DNA of 64,000 nucleotides, taken from NCBI GenBank assembly GCA_951406725.2, contig OX597833.1, forward strand, positions 496,001 through 560,000. Direction: 5' to 3'. The notes beneath the pieces are model-generated. The model was given only the letters and a program-made list of their open reading frames with translations, ran no database searches and was not told the origin of the DNA. This stretch comes from Octopus vulgaris (taxonomy: Eukaryota). The first letter of the stretch is position 1. The number at the start of each line of letters is the position of its first letter. Positions 11,408 through 23,933 of this stretch are shown here, one piece after another. The position numbers were made by a program, and so were the translations under genes.

Positions 11408-12674
11408 CTGAACTCAAAATGTTGATTAGTCACGTGGAATTGTAAATATTGTTCGTCTTCAGGATACAACAACAACAACAACAATGATAACGGTAATGAT
11501 AACAACACTGCCACCACCTCTGCCTCCTCCACCACCACAATGACGACAACAATAAGAAGAATAACAATAATAAGCATGAGTGGCTGTGTGGTAAGTAGCT
11601 TGCTAACCAACCACATGGTTCCCGGTTCAGTCCCACTGCGTGGCATCTTGGGCAAGTGTCTTCTGCTATAGCCCCGGGCCGACCAATGCCTTGAGTGGAT
11701 TTGGTAGACGGAAACTGAAAGAAGCCTGTCGTATATATATGTATATGTATATATATATGTATGTGTGTGTCTGTGTTTGTACCCCTAGCATTGCTTGACA
11801 ACCGATGCTGGTGTGTTTATGTCCCCGTCACTTAGCGGTTCGGCAAAAGAGACCGATAGAATAAGTACTGGGCTTACAAAGAATAAGTCCTGGGGTCGAT
11901 TTGCTCGACTAAAAGGCGGTGCTCCAGCATGGCCGCAGTCAAATGACTGAAACAAGTAAAGAGTAAAAGAGTATGATGACAACAACAACAAAGCCCTCGG
12001 CTAAGTTAAGAGCCTCTGTCTGGTCGTTTGAGCTGTTAGAAATAGCAGCCAAATCTACCTCTAATAGATATGCCCACAAATGTTATCACGAAAGGAAGAG
12101 TACTTAGAACTAATGATTTCCTGAAAGCGCCATATCTGGAAATGAGATGTGATGGTCACATTTGGATTTCCTTCAATCCTAGTTCTGCTCTAGGGGGGAC
12201 AAACCTGAGGCTGAACAACAGCAACAACCACAACAACATCAGCTAACATCAACAGCACCAATATCAATTATATTAACAGTTTCCAATTTAGGGCTTGAAA
12301 CCAATGGTAGCCTTAATACACGGAGAAAGAAATTTTATCCAACAATGGCCTTGGCTGGTTTCCGTGCCGGTGGCACGTTAAAAGCACCAACCGATCAGGG
12401 CCGATGTCAGACCCCCCTGGCACCTGTGCAGGTGGCACGTAAAAAGCACCCACTACACTCGCGGAGTGGTTGGCGTTAGGAAGGGCATCCAGCTGTAGAA
12501 ACACTGCCAGATCAGACTGGAGCCTGGTGCAGCCTTCTGGCTTCCCAGACCCCGGTCGAACTGTCCAACCTATGCTAGCAGGGAGAACGGACGTTAAACG
12601 ATGATGATGATGAATGCAGAGATGGGCACTCATTCTCATCATTCGACATTTGCATATATATATATATATTATTA

Positions 12675-13780
12675 TCATCATCGTTTTCCATGCTGGCATG
12701 GGTTGGACGGTTTGATTGAGGACTGGCAAGCCAGGAGGCTGCACCAGGCTCCAATCTAATCTGGCAATGTTTCTACAGCTGGATGCCCTTCCTAACACCA
12801 ACCACTCCGAGAGTGTAGTGGGTGTCTTTTACATTCCACCGGCACAGGAGCCAGTCAGGTGGCCCTGGCATCAATCATGTCCGGATGGTGCTTTCTCCGT
12901 GCCACCGGCATAGGGCCCAGTCAGGGTGCAAGGGCATCGACTATGTTCGGATAGTGCTTTTTACGTACCACTGCACTGTGAGCTGGTCAGGTGACCCTGG
13001 CATCAACCACATTTGGATGGTGCTTTTTAAGTACCATTGCCACAGGGGCCCAATAAGGGGGCAATGGCATTGACTACATTTGGATGGTGCTTTTTACATG
13101 CCACCGCCACAGGAGTCATCAGGGGTCCTGGTATCAACCACATTAGAATGGTACTTTTAATATGCCACCGCCACAGGAGCCAGTCAGGCGATCCTGGCAT
13201 CAACCACATTCAGATGTTGCTTTTTACATACCACTGGCACAGGATCCAGTCGGGGTGAGGAGGCTGGCATCGACCATGTTTGGATGGTGCTTTTCATGTA
13301 CCACTGGCACGGGGAGCCAGCCAAGCAACGCTGGCAATGACCCATGCATGCATGGAGCTTATTGCGTGCCACCAGTATGGGAGCCAGTCAGGTGGCACTG
13401 GCCACATTCGGACGGTGCTAATTACATGCTACTGGCACAGGAACCAGTCGGAGCGAGGAGGCTGGCATCGACCATGTTCGGTCATGATGGTGCTTTTCAC
13501 ATACCACTGGCAATGACCCATGCATGCATGGAGCTTATTGCGCGCCACCAGCACGGGTGCCAGTCAGGTGGCACTGGCATCGGCCACAACTACAATTCCA
13601 TTTGATTTGGTTTGATTTTGATTTTACTTGACTCAATGGGTCTCTGACGATTCAAAGGTACTTTTTAAAAGGGCTGGTTATGTGACACTGGTACAGGCCA
13701 CAGCTGTGATCTCACTTTACTTGCTGGGTCTTCTTGATTATAGCATATCTCCAGACGTCTCGGTCTTTCGTCATTGCCTC
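12675..13780 (-). mobile_element. RTE LINE 3' end with expanded about 60-bp minisatellite
   Basis: ORF end (MTKDRDVWRYA) at 13715-13780, then roughly a dozen degenerate tgctttttacgtgccaccggcac units and the common tail. Confidence 0.75.
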
Positions 13781-14218
13781 TGTATATATTACTCTTTTAC
13801 TTGTTTCAGTCATTTGACTGCGGCCATGCTGGAGCACCACCTTTAGTCGAGCAAATCGACCCCGGGACTTATTCTTTGTAAGCCCAGTACTTATCCTATC
13901 GGTCTCTTTTGCCGAACTGCTAAGTGACGGGGACGTAAGCACACCAGCATCGGTTGTCAAGCAAACACACACATTCATATACATATATACGATGGGCTTC
14001 TTTCAGTTTCCGTCTACCAAATCCACTCACAAGGCTTTGGTCAGCCCGGGGCTATAGCAGAAGACACTTGCCCAAGATGCCACGCAGTGGGACTGAACCC
14101 GGAACCATGTGGTTGGTTAGCAAGCTACTTACCACATAGCCACTCCTGCGCCTATATGTATATGTATATCAAATGGGGTGATTATAATCAAAATAAGCAA
14201 CAAGGATATCCAAGGTAG

Positions 14219-14306
14219 TGTAGTACAATCGTTTCATGCTACTTCATTTAAGTATTACATGTAAGTATTACATCAGTTTTAAAATGTCGAGCAATCTTCA
14301 GCCACA
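14219..14306 (-). ncRNA. Type I hammerhead with long stem II loop (family C); second copy at 7524-7611 (-)
   Basis: TGTGG-CTGAAGA-TTGCT...AGCAT-GAAA-CGATTG-TA-CTACA. Confidence 0.6.
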
Positions 14307-14667
14307 TATAGAATTTTAAAAATTAAATGGACAATGTACATTTTTATACTTATTTCATTTACCAACATTACAGAGAGGATAGATATATAGACAGAGAGGT
14401 TAATTTCATCATTAAGAACATGGTAGAAGAAGGCCCTTCTCCATCTGTAGAGTTTTCATCACAAATTCTGGTGAATCTAAATTTTGCTGAACTTATATAT
14501 ATAGGTGCAGGAGTGGCTGTGTGGTAAGTAGCTTGTTTACCAACCACACGGTTCCGGGTTCAGTCCCACTGCGTGGCACGTTGGGCAAGTGTCTTCTACT
14601 ATAGCCTCAGGGCTGACCAAAGCCTTGTGAGTGAATTTGGTAGACGGAAACTGAAAGAAGCCCATCG

Positions 14668-14699
<32 letters not shown>

Positions 14700-17078
14700 C
14701 GTTTGTGTGTGTGTGTTTGTCCCCCTAGCATTGCTTGACAACCGATGCTGGTGTGCTTATGTCCCTGTCACTTAGCGGTTCGGCAAAAAGAGACCAATAG
14801 AATAAGTACTGGGCTTACAAAGAATAAGTCCCGGGGTCGATTTGCTCGATTAAAGGCGGTGCTCAAGCGTGGCTGCAGTCAAATGACTGAAACAAGTAAA
14901 AGAGTATATATATATATATATAAAGTCAAATGACTACACAAAAAGAATATATACGTGTGTGTCTGTCTTTGCATGTCCTCCATCACTGCTTGACAATCCC
15001 ATGTTGGTTTGTTTACATCCCCATAACATAACAGTTCAGCATAAGAGATTGATAGAATAAGTACCTGGCTTGAAGGGGGGAAAAAAAAAATAAGCGCTGG
15101 GTTCGAACCATTTGACTAAAACTTTTCAAGACAGTGCCCCAGCATGGCCACAGTCAATAAAATGCAAAAGATAGATTTGTTTTTCTGGCCAGAGCTGTAT
15201 TTTCTGATAAGGATTTTAAATATTCCTCAAAGATAAGCAAAATGAGAAACATTTGTATGCAATGTCACGTATTTAGTGGAGTCAACAGATTGGATGAAAC
15301 GAAGCCGTGAACCATATTTGGTCTGTGAGCCGTGCTTTATTGTTCCCCGATGTAGAAAGTAAGGCAATGTTTCACTCCTTCTCTTGATCATCAACATCAT
15401 CATCGTTTAGCATCCGTTTTCCATGCTAGCATGAGTTCGACAGTTCGACCAGGGTCTGGGAAGCCAGGAGGCTGCACCAGGCTCCAGTCTGATCTGGCAG
15501 TGTTTCTACAGCTGGATGCCCTTTCTAATGCCAACCGCTCTGTGAGTGTAGTGGGTGCTTTTTACGTGCCACCAGTACAGGGGCCAGACAAGGCTGGCAA
15601 ACGACCATGATCGGTTGCCGCTTTTTATGTATCACCAGCACAGAAGCCAGTCAGGCGGCGCTGGCAACTGCCACGTTCGGATGGTGCCTTTAACATGTCA
15701 CTGGTATGGGTATCTTAACTACAATTTCCATTTGATTTTCATTTTGATGTTGATAACAATGCAAATGCAACATAGTTTAAATGGCTCTCATTTAAAACAT
15801 TTGATATCATCATCATAAGCAGGGGGGCCCCGAAAGGGGTCTCAGGGAGTAGTGTCCCTGCTGTCCTGAGCTAGTTTTCCACCACACTTCTTAATTGTGG
15901 TAGAGGCCTTGGTTTCAGGATCATTCATGTCTAGAAATTGTGGTTGGGGCTAAGCAAGGGCATGCTCCCAGTAGAAAATCCAGCCCCAAAAAAGTCTCAT
16001 GATAGCAAAGGAGAATGGGCACCAACCAGCCCAAAGGTTGAGGAGGGCTGCACCTGCCTACCTCAGTTGCTATGGTATTGAGGTAGATCTGGCCACCCCC
16101 ACTAACGGGGACAAAACCCGGATTGAAAACACTGGATGATGATGATGATGATCATTTAACATCCGTTGTCCATGCTGCCACAAGCATGGAGAGTCATGAG
16201 GAATTAACATCATAATCGTAGGAGTGGCTGTGTGGTAAGTAGCTTGCTAACCAACCACATGGTTCTGGGTTCAGTCCCACTGCGTGGCACCTTGGGCAAG
16301 TGTCTTCTACTATAGACTCGGGCCAACCAAAGCCTTGTAGTGGATTTGGTAGACGGAAACTGAAAGTAGCCCGTCATATACATATATATATATTTATATA
16401 TATGTGTGAGTATATGTTTGTGTGTCTGTGTTTGTCCCCCCCAACATCGCTTGACAACTGATGCTGGTGTGTTTATGTCCCTGTAACTTAGTGGTTCGGC
16501 TAAAGAGACCAATAGAATAACTACTAGGCTTACAAAGAATAAGTCCTGGTGTTGATTTGCTCGACTAAAGGTGGTGCTCCAGCATGGCCACAATCAAATG
16601 ACTGAAACAAGTAAAAGAGTATCCAACCATCCACCTACTTTCTCTGCCTGCTGTTCCTGGGAGTATGGAAGGTCACGAGGGTAGAGTCCTTGGGCCCTTC
16701 TCCATTGGGTCCTATCAAGAACAACTGTCATTACACTCTCAGGTTGGATTTCCAAATATGACCAATTGTGACTATGGATATTACCCAACAATATTGTTCT
16801 TGGTCTGCAGCAAGGTCTTCTGCCTTGGCTTGTCTTGAAGAATCTGTCTTGAGATTCTTCACTGTGACATTTTAATCACATGTTTGTAGTAATGGAGTTG
16901 TGACCTCTCGATGCAGAGAAGTAAAAGCTTGACCTGAAGAGATTCCCTGATCTCTGAGCAACGTACCCTGTTGAGGAACGGTACTCCAGAGATCCTTTGG
17001 AAAAAAAAAAAAACCATTATTAAAAAAAATTAATCCCTGTGGTGATTAATTACAGCTAATAAAACAACAACGAAACAT

Positions 17079-17099
17079 TTTATTTGAAATATTTATTTA
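17079..17099 (-). terminator. Clustered AATAAA polyadenylation signals, probable MTERF4 3' end
   Basis: Minus strand reads aataaataaatatttcaaataaaatg about 420 nt after the stop, followed by GT/T-rich sequence. Confidence 0.45.
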
Positions 17100-17308
17100 T
17101 TAACATTGGAAGGGCATCCAGCTGTAGAAACACTGCCAGATCAGACTGGGCCTGGTGCAGCCTTCTGGCTTCCCAGACCCCAGTTGAACCGTCCAACCCA
17201 TGCTAGCATGGAGAATGGACGTTAAACGATGATGATGATGATTAGCAATGTGATAATGCTCAACATCATCATCATCACCATCATTATTATTACCATTCAT
17301 CATTTATC

Positions 17309-17527
17309 TGTTTCTTTACTACCCACAAGGGGCCAAATACAGAGGGGACAAAGAAGGACAGACAAACGGATTAAGTCGATTACATCGACCCCAGTGCGTA
17401 ACTGGTACTTAATTTATCGACCCCGAAAGGATGAAAGGCAAAGTCGACCTCGGTGGAATTTGAACTCAGAACATAAAGAGAGATGAAATACGGCTACGCA
17501 ATTCGCCCGGCATGCTAACGTTTCTGC
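17309..17527 (-). mobile_element. SINE family B copy overlapping the MTERF4 stop codon
   Basis: tggcagaaacgttagca...gcctttcatcctttcggggtcgataaattaagtaccag (resembles the Meta-SINE core); 8-bp TSD catttatc at 17301-17308 and 17528-17535. Confidence 0.9.
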
Positions 17528-18657
17528 CATTTATCATCATCATCCTCATCATCGTCGTCGTCGTCATCATCCTCATCGTCGTCATCATCATCATCATCGT
17601 CATCATCACTATCATAACCCTCATCATCATCGTAGTCATCTTCAATTTCTTGTTGTAGCAATTTGCAAAATGTTTGGTAATCCTTCTTAGACATATTCCC
17701 AAATTTCTCTGCAAATTCTTTGTCAGACAAATCCAAAATCGTGTCAAGGCGAGGATTCAATTGTTTCTCTTCTTTGTGTTTGCTTTTCTTGAAGAAACCA
17801 GTTCTGTACACCCAAAGATGCCTGGTTCTGATATGATCCAAGGAATGATGAAAGAGATTTGAATATCTCATCTGTGGTTGTGTGATGCCCATTTCGGAAA
17901 AAACATAATTGAATTTCTTCCTAATCATCTCCCAGTCTTCGGTGAGAATGTGCGGAGACTTTCGGATAAATAAAATAACATCATCCATTTTAAACAGAGT
18001 CTGTAATTCCCTTGCTCTCTTCACCAACATATTTGGTTCAAAAGACACAATCTCAGGGTTATGAGTGATCATCTGCCTCAAGCTGTTATCAGAGATCTTC
18101 AACGTCCGTAAACTGTTAAATACGGTACTTAATTGATTAGGGTTCTGGCCAAGAATAAGGGGATAGTTGTGTAAAGTTTTCAACATTGGTTTGTTTTTGA
18201 TACCATAATCATTAAGTGTCTTAAGAACATTTTGCCAATTTTTTACAGGAATCTTCAGCAATTCCGGGTTGTCCCCTAAGAATTCTTTTATCTTGTCCAA
18301 TGGCATGTTGAGACCTTCAAGTATAGAGATGTAACTACAGATGGTTTTGTCAGGAACTGAGGCTATCATTTTATCAACGTGTGTTGCCTTTTCTTTAATA
18401 CTTACGACCAATTCGGACACATTGTAGGGGTGAGGTGCTTGGTTAACGATGTACCTTTTTGGTTGGCAGCAGATAAATGCAGGGACAAGTGGAAAGTTTG
18501 GACATGGTGGAAATAAGTTTACAGATTTAGTTCTAAACAGTGGACAGTGGTGGTAAGCATTTTGTTGCTTACATAATACTTGCCATAATGATTTAGAAAA
18601 GAGTACCCTGACATTTCTCCAGTCAAAGAGAGATTTTGGAAACATGTTAGGCAACAT
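17515..18657 (-). CDS. MTERF4: Mitochondrial transcription termination factor 4-like protein, 380 aa, single coding exon
   Basis: Long non-repetitive ORF with mTERF-like Leu/Pro repeats (NPELLK, YPLIL, NPEIV, SPHIL). C-terminal block KFNYVFSEMG...IRTRHLW...NPRLDTIL.LSDKEF plus an acidic tail, as in MTERF4. Acceptor ttcttttgcag at 18705-18706 implies an upstream non-coding exon. Confidence 0.85.
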   Translation of the reverse strand: MLPNMFPKSLFDWRNVRVLFSKSLWQVLCKQQNAYHHCPLFRTKSVNLFPPCPNFPLVPAFICCQPKRYIVNQAPHPYNVSELVVSIKEKATHVDKMIASVPDKTICSYISILEGLNMPLDKIKEFLGDNPELLKIPVKNWQNVLKTLNDYGIKNKPMLKTLHNYPLILGQNPNQLSTVFNSLRTLKISDNSLRQMITHNPEIVSFEPNMLVKRARELQTLFKMDDVILFIRKSPHILTEDWEMIRKKFNYVFSEMGITQPQMRYSNLFHHSLDHIRTRHLWVYRTGFFKKSKHKEEKQLNPRLDTILDLSDKEFAEKFGNMSKKDYQTFCKLLQQEIEDDYDDDEGYDSDDDDDDDDDDDEDDDDDDDDEDDDDKWQKR

Positions 18658-19150
18658 CTCCAGTCATACCATATTCTCAAGATTGTCAAGAATTTCGTAA
18701 ATACCTGCAAAAGAAAGAAAAAAATCATTATATTTTGAAAGAGCTATACTAACGATGTCTATAAATACACTCACCGGTTGTTGTTTGTTTACATTTCTTT
18801 CCTCTAAAAGCACTTGTTATTCATCTATATCTTCTCCGAAATATTTTTCTTTAGACATAGTATAGATGAGGGTTAACCAATATCTTGTGAGCGAAATCAG
18901 TACAAGGAAACTGAAGAAGCACAATGTGTATTTCTTCTATCACCATCATCATTTAACGTCTGCTTTCCATGCTGGCATGGGTTGGACAGTTTCACTGGAA
19001 CTGGGAAGCTGGAGAGATGCACCAGGTTCCAGTCTGATTTGGCTTGGTTTCTATGGCTGGATGCCCTTCCTGATGCAAACCACTCAAAGAGTGTAATGGG
19101 TGCTTTTTACGTGCCACTGGCATTTACATTTTTATATATATGTCTATATA

Positions 19151-19659
19151 CCGTAAATCCTTGAATATAGTCTGCCCTTGAGTATAATACGCAGGGAATT
19201 TTTAGGGGGCTGTACCTCTGAAAAACCTAAACCTTGAGTATAATACGCACCCCTTCACTAACTTGAGTCAAGGAGGTCTATATAACGTCCTTGATTTGTA
19301 AAAATGTATACAGTAACGTTCTTTATTATTATTGTATATATAACATAATGCAAACGTGTTGCTTTTTTTGTGCATTTTGTTCGCAGAAAATAAAGAAGTA
19401 ACAGTAATAACGTTTAATAAATGTTGCTTTCTGCAAGTTATGGATGATTCTTTTATGACTTCATTGCTTTCAGTCTTAGCTTAAGGTATTTTCACGCCCG
19501 ACATCACAAAATGCGTCTGAATAAACATTGCCGCACAGCAAATAGAGACTCGGACATTGCTTAGAAAATATTTTTCATTTTTAACCTATATAATACGCAC
19601 TAGGGATTTGACCTTTAAATTTTGGGGAAAAAATGTGGATTATACTCGAGGATTTATGG
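19151..19659. mobile_element. Tc1/pogo-type MITE
   Basis: TA|ccgtaaatccttgaatata ... tatactcgaggatttatgg|TA. Confidence 0.75.
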
Positions 19660-22531
19660 TATGCATAAACATATACGTGTATATATATATATTCATTCTT
19701 TTATTCTTTTACGTGTTTCAGTCGTCTGACTGCGGCCATGCTGGAGCACCACCTTTAGTTGAGCAAGTCGATCCCAGGACTTATTCTTTGTAAGCCTAGT
19801 ACTTATTCTATCAATCTCTTTGGCCAAACTGCTAAGTTACGGGGACATGAACACACCAACATTGATGGTCAAGCAATGTAGCGGGGGAAAACACACAAAC
19901 ATATACAGATGCATATATATATATATATATATATCTGTCCTCATCCATATGCAACCCATGGTATGGTGATGGGTTGCATATGGATGAGGACAGCTGTGCA
20001 AAAAAGTGTCACACTCTAGCAGTAGAGGGAACCTGTGGAAGAGGTAGTCCTAGGAAGACCTGGGATGAGGTGGTGAAGCACGAACTTTGAATGCTGGGCA
20101 TCATGGAGGCAATGACAAGTGATCGAGACCTTTGGAGATAGGTCACTGCTTTCCATTTGTTTCTCTTGTTCAACTTTTTTGTTTCCGTATTTCATGTTGT
20201 TTACGCTTTGTGACATCCTGTACCCATATATGCATATATATGTGTATGTGTGTGTGTATATATATATATATATCCTGTGCCGGTGGCACGTAAAAAGCAC
20301 CATCTGATTGTGGCCGTTGCCAGCCTTGCCTGGCCCTTGTGCTGGTGGCACATAAAAAGCACCATCCGATTGTGGCCGTTTGTCAGCTCCGTCTGGCACC
20401 TGTGCCGGTGGCACGTAAAAAGCACCCACTACACTCTCGGAGTGGTTGGCGTTAGGAAGGGCATCCAGCCGTAGAAACACTGCCAGATCAGATTAGAGCC
20501 TGGTGCAGCCTTCGGGCTTCCCAGACCCCAGTTGAACCGTCCAACCCATGCTAGCATGGAAAGCAGACGCTAAACGATGATGATGATGATGATGAATGAC
20601 CTCAGGAAGCTGAACCTTTCAGGTGAGATGACAAAGGACTGAGACACCTGGCTGTACTCAAGAAGACCCGTACCCTGCAGCAGCAGCATTGGGCCCAATC
20701 CTTCTGCTCGAGTAAAGCACCCATGGCGGTACCACGTAAAAACACTCATGCAGTGCCACATAAAAGCACCCATGTGACATCATGTAAAAGTGCCCGTGTG
20801 GTGCCACATTAAAGCATTGAGCTGTAGAAATCATGTGGTGAGCTGGCAGAAACGTTAGCACGCTGGGTGAAATGCTTGGCGGTATTTCGTTTGCCGCTAC
20901 GTTCTGAGTTCAAATTCTGCTGAGGTCGACTTTGCCTTTCATCCTTTCAGAGTCAATAAATTAAATACTTATTTCTTTATTACCCACAAGGTGCTAAACA
21001 CAGAGGGGACAAACAAGGACAGACGAACGGATTAAGTCGATTATATCGACCCCAGTGCGTAACTGGTACTTAATTTATCAACCCCGAAAGGATGAAAGGC
21101 AAAGTCAACCCCGACGGAATTTGAACTCAGAACGTAACGGCAGACGAAATACAGCTAAGCATTTCGCCCGGCGTGCTAACGATTCTGCGAGCTCGCCGCC
21201 CTTCGATAAATTAAGTACCAGTTATGCACTGGGGTTGATGTAATCGACTTAATCCCTTTGTCTGTCCCCTCTATGTTTAACCCCTTGTGGGTAGTAAAGA
21301 AATAAGTATTTCGGCTGTTGTCATGTTCTGAGTTCAAATTCCGTCGAGGTCAATTTTGCCTTTCATCCTTTCGGGGTCGATAAATTAAGTACCAGTTACG
21401 CACTGGGATCGATGCAATCGACTTAATCCCTTTGTCTGTCCTTGTTTGTCCCCTCTATATTTAGCCCCTTGTGGACAATAAAGAAATAAGAAAACATGCC
21501 AAATCAGTATGGAGTATGGTGCAGGCCCTAAACTTGTCAGCTCTGGTCACACTCTCCAACCCATGCAAACATGAACAATGGATGTTTTATATATACATAT
21601 ATGTTGCCAGTACTGCATGACTGGCCTTTGTGCCAGTGGCACGTAAAAGCACCCACTACACTCTTGGAGTGGTTGGCGTTAGGAAGAGCATCCAGCTGTA
21701 GAAACTCTGCCAGATCAGATTGGAGTCCGGTGCAGCCATCTGGTTCGCCAGACCTCAGTCAAATCGTCCAACCCATGCCAGCATGGAAAGCGGACGTTAA
21801 ACGATGATGATATATAGGTATTCAAGTGATTCTTATTTTATCGACACAGAAAGGACGAAAGGCGAAGTCGACCGCCGGCAGAATATAGGCATTCGGGATG
21901 CTAGAAATAACAGCCAAACCTTTTAAAAATGATACCGTAATGTCTTGAAATATTGAAAAAAATTAAAGAAATACACACATTAGTTAAGAAAAACCTCGAT
22001 ACACCCATAGGAAAAATAAACCCCAAAACAAAAAAAGGGACGTTAATGCTTGAAATTCTCGCATGACTAAGTTTACCTAGAATGAACCATTAACACGAAC
22101 AAGAATTTTTTACGCCGCAAGAAAGGTAACTTTTATTATTTTTAATAAACTAGAGGTCAAGTGATAATTACCAAAAAATAAACTGCATTCTTTAGTCTTT
22201 TAAATTCCAACACTATAAATTCAAGATGACATGCGGGAGTTTTATTGGCAAGGTCAAGATAAGGGGTCTAATATCAGAAGTAAAAAAACATACGGCATTT
22301 CACGGCACCGCGGATACTCTTTAACGACAAAAATATATCTCGATGATTTACTCAGAGTTCCAGAGACCCAAGGTTATATATTTACTTTCAGGTGATTTTT
22401 ATAACAACGGAAGAGGATTATCGTGTAACTTAGTGTCTCCGTCAGGTATGAAATAAAAGGTGGAAACTATAATTGGTTTTAATAAAATCTATATCATCTA
22501 GATGTCGCTAAACCACCTTGGTAAAGTATGT

Positions 22532-23408
22532 GGGTACTATTAGCGAACGGTGGTCCCGGTGCGCGCACTCGCGCTAGCTAGTCGTAAGTAGTCGATCCTA
22601 CAACGACTTGCGCGTATATTTAATATTATATTATGTAATTTAGTCATTTATATCGTTTTTTTTTAAAGAGTAGGAAGGTTATGATGGGAATTTGGCTGCC
22701 ATTTCTAGCACGTCAACCACCCAAGCTGAGATGAAATTCGTCCCAGTTATATAGTTGGTTGGGTACTACTAGCGAACAGTGGTCCCGGTGCGCGCACTCG
22801 CGCTAGCTAGTCGTAAGTAGTCGATCCTACAACGACTTGCGCGTATTTTTGTATTTCAAGGCTGAATACATATCGAAGGAAATTAAATAATATTTTTCAA
22901 ACAAAGTAAATAATTTTTTAAACTAATTAAATAAATTATTTTTATAAACAAACTAAGGTCGGGATTAGGGTAAAAAAGTCGTTGTAGGATCGACTACTTA
23001 CGACTAGCTAGCGCGAGTGCGCGCACCGGGACCACTGTTCGCTAGTAGTACCCAACCAACAATATAACTGGGACGAATTTCAACTCAGCTTGAGTGGTTG
23101 ACGTGCTAGAAATGGCAGCCAAATACCCATTATAACCTTCCTACTCTTAAAAAAAAAACGATATAAATGACTAAATTACATAATATAATATTAAATATAC
23201 GCGCAAGTCGTTGTAGGATCGACTACTTACGACTAGCTAGCGCGAGTGCGCGCACCGGGACCACTGTTCGCTAGTAGTACCCGTCGTAAAGTATGTGAAT
23301 TAGGTTTAGGGTTAGGGTTAGAAAGTCGTTGTAGGATCGACTGCTTGCGACTAGCTAGCGCAGATGCGCGAGTGCGCGCACCTGGACCACTGTTCGCTAG
23401 TAGTACCC
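22532..23408. mobile_element. Composite foldback element built from five copies of a 78-bp TIR
   Basis: gggtactactagcgaacagtggtcccggtgcgcgcac... at 22532 (+), 22761 (+), and ending at 23053, 23282, 23408 (-). Flanked by the 14-bp direct repeat ttggtaaagtatgt. Confidence 0.8.
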
Positions 23409-23507
23409 TTGGTAAAGTATGTGAAAGTGTTGGGACCTTACTGCATTTTTTTTTTACTTCATAATTTTCAAGTCAAACTCGGGGGAACATCGAGGTCGAA
23501 GCATCCG

Positions 23508-23933
23508 GCGATCTTTCGTCTCTAGTAGACCTTTCCGTCGATTTCCGTAAAAATTTTTTTGTTTTTTTTACATATGGGCTTGCGGGAACTTTTGAAGTAA
23601 TGAGAGCGAAAGAGACTAAGAGAAAGCGATTGTATGATGAGGGAAGTTCTTTTGAAGTTACCGTGCATGGGAAGCATTGATGTACATGTGTGTGTGTGTG
23701 TGTTTGATGGGGTGTGGGAGACGGACAGTGTGGTGTGTAAGTGAAGTGCTTCTGTTAGTGTGTGTGAAGAGACAGAGGTAACTTCAAAAGAACTTCCCTC
23801 GTCATACAATCGCTTTCTCTTAGTCTCTTTCGCTCTCATTACTTCAAAAGTTCCCGCAAGCCCATATGTAAAAAAAAAAAAAAATTTTTTTACGGAAATC
23901 GACGGAAAGGTCTACTAGAGACGAAAGATTGCC
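23508..23933. mobile_element. MITE with long TIRs (GG...CC ends, 8-bp TSD; Merlin- or hAT-like)
   Basis: TIR ggcgatctttcgtctctagtagacc..., perfect TSD aagcatcc. Confidence 0.85.

Noticed and set aside
12810-13600. Regularly spaced repeats superficially like a CRISPR array
   Set aside because: Whole units are degenerate copies within an RTE LINE 3' UTR; there are no unique spacers, no cas genes, and the context is eukaryotic.
15193-15310. Plus-strand terminal-exon-like frame AVFSDKDFKY...CMQCH...*
   Set aside because: No upstream plus-strand exons were found, the family is not recognised, and a CxxCH in 38 codons can occur by chance.
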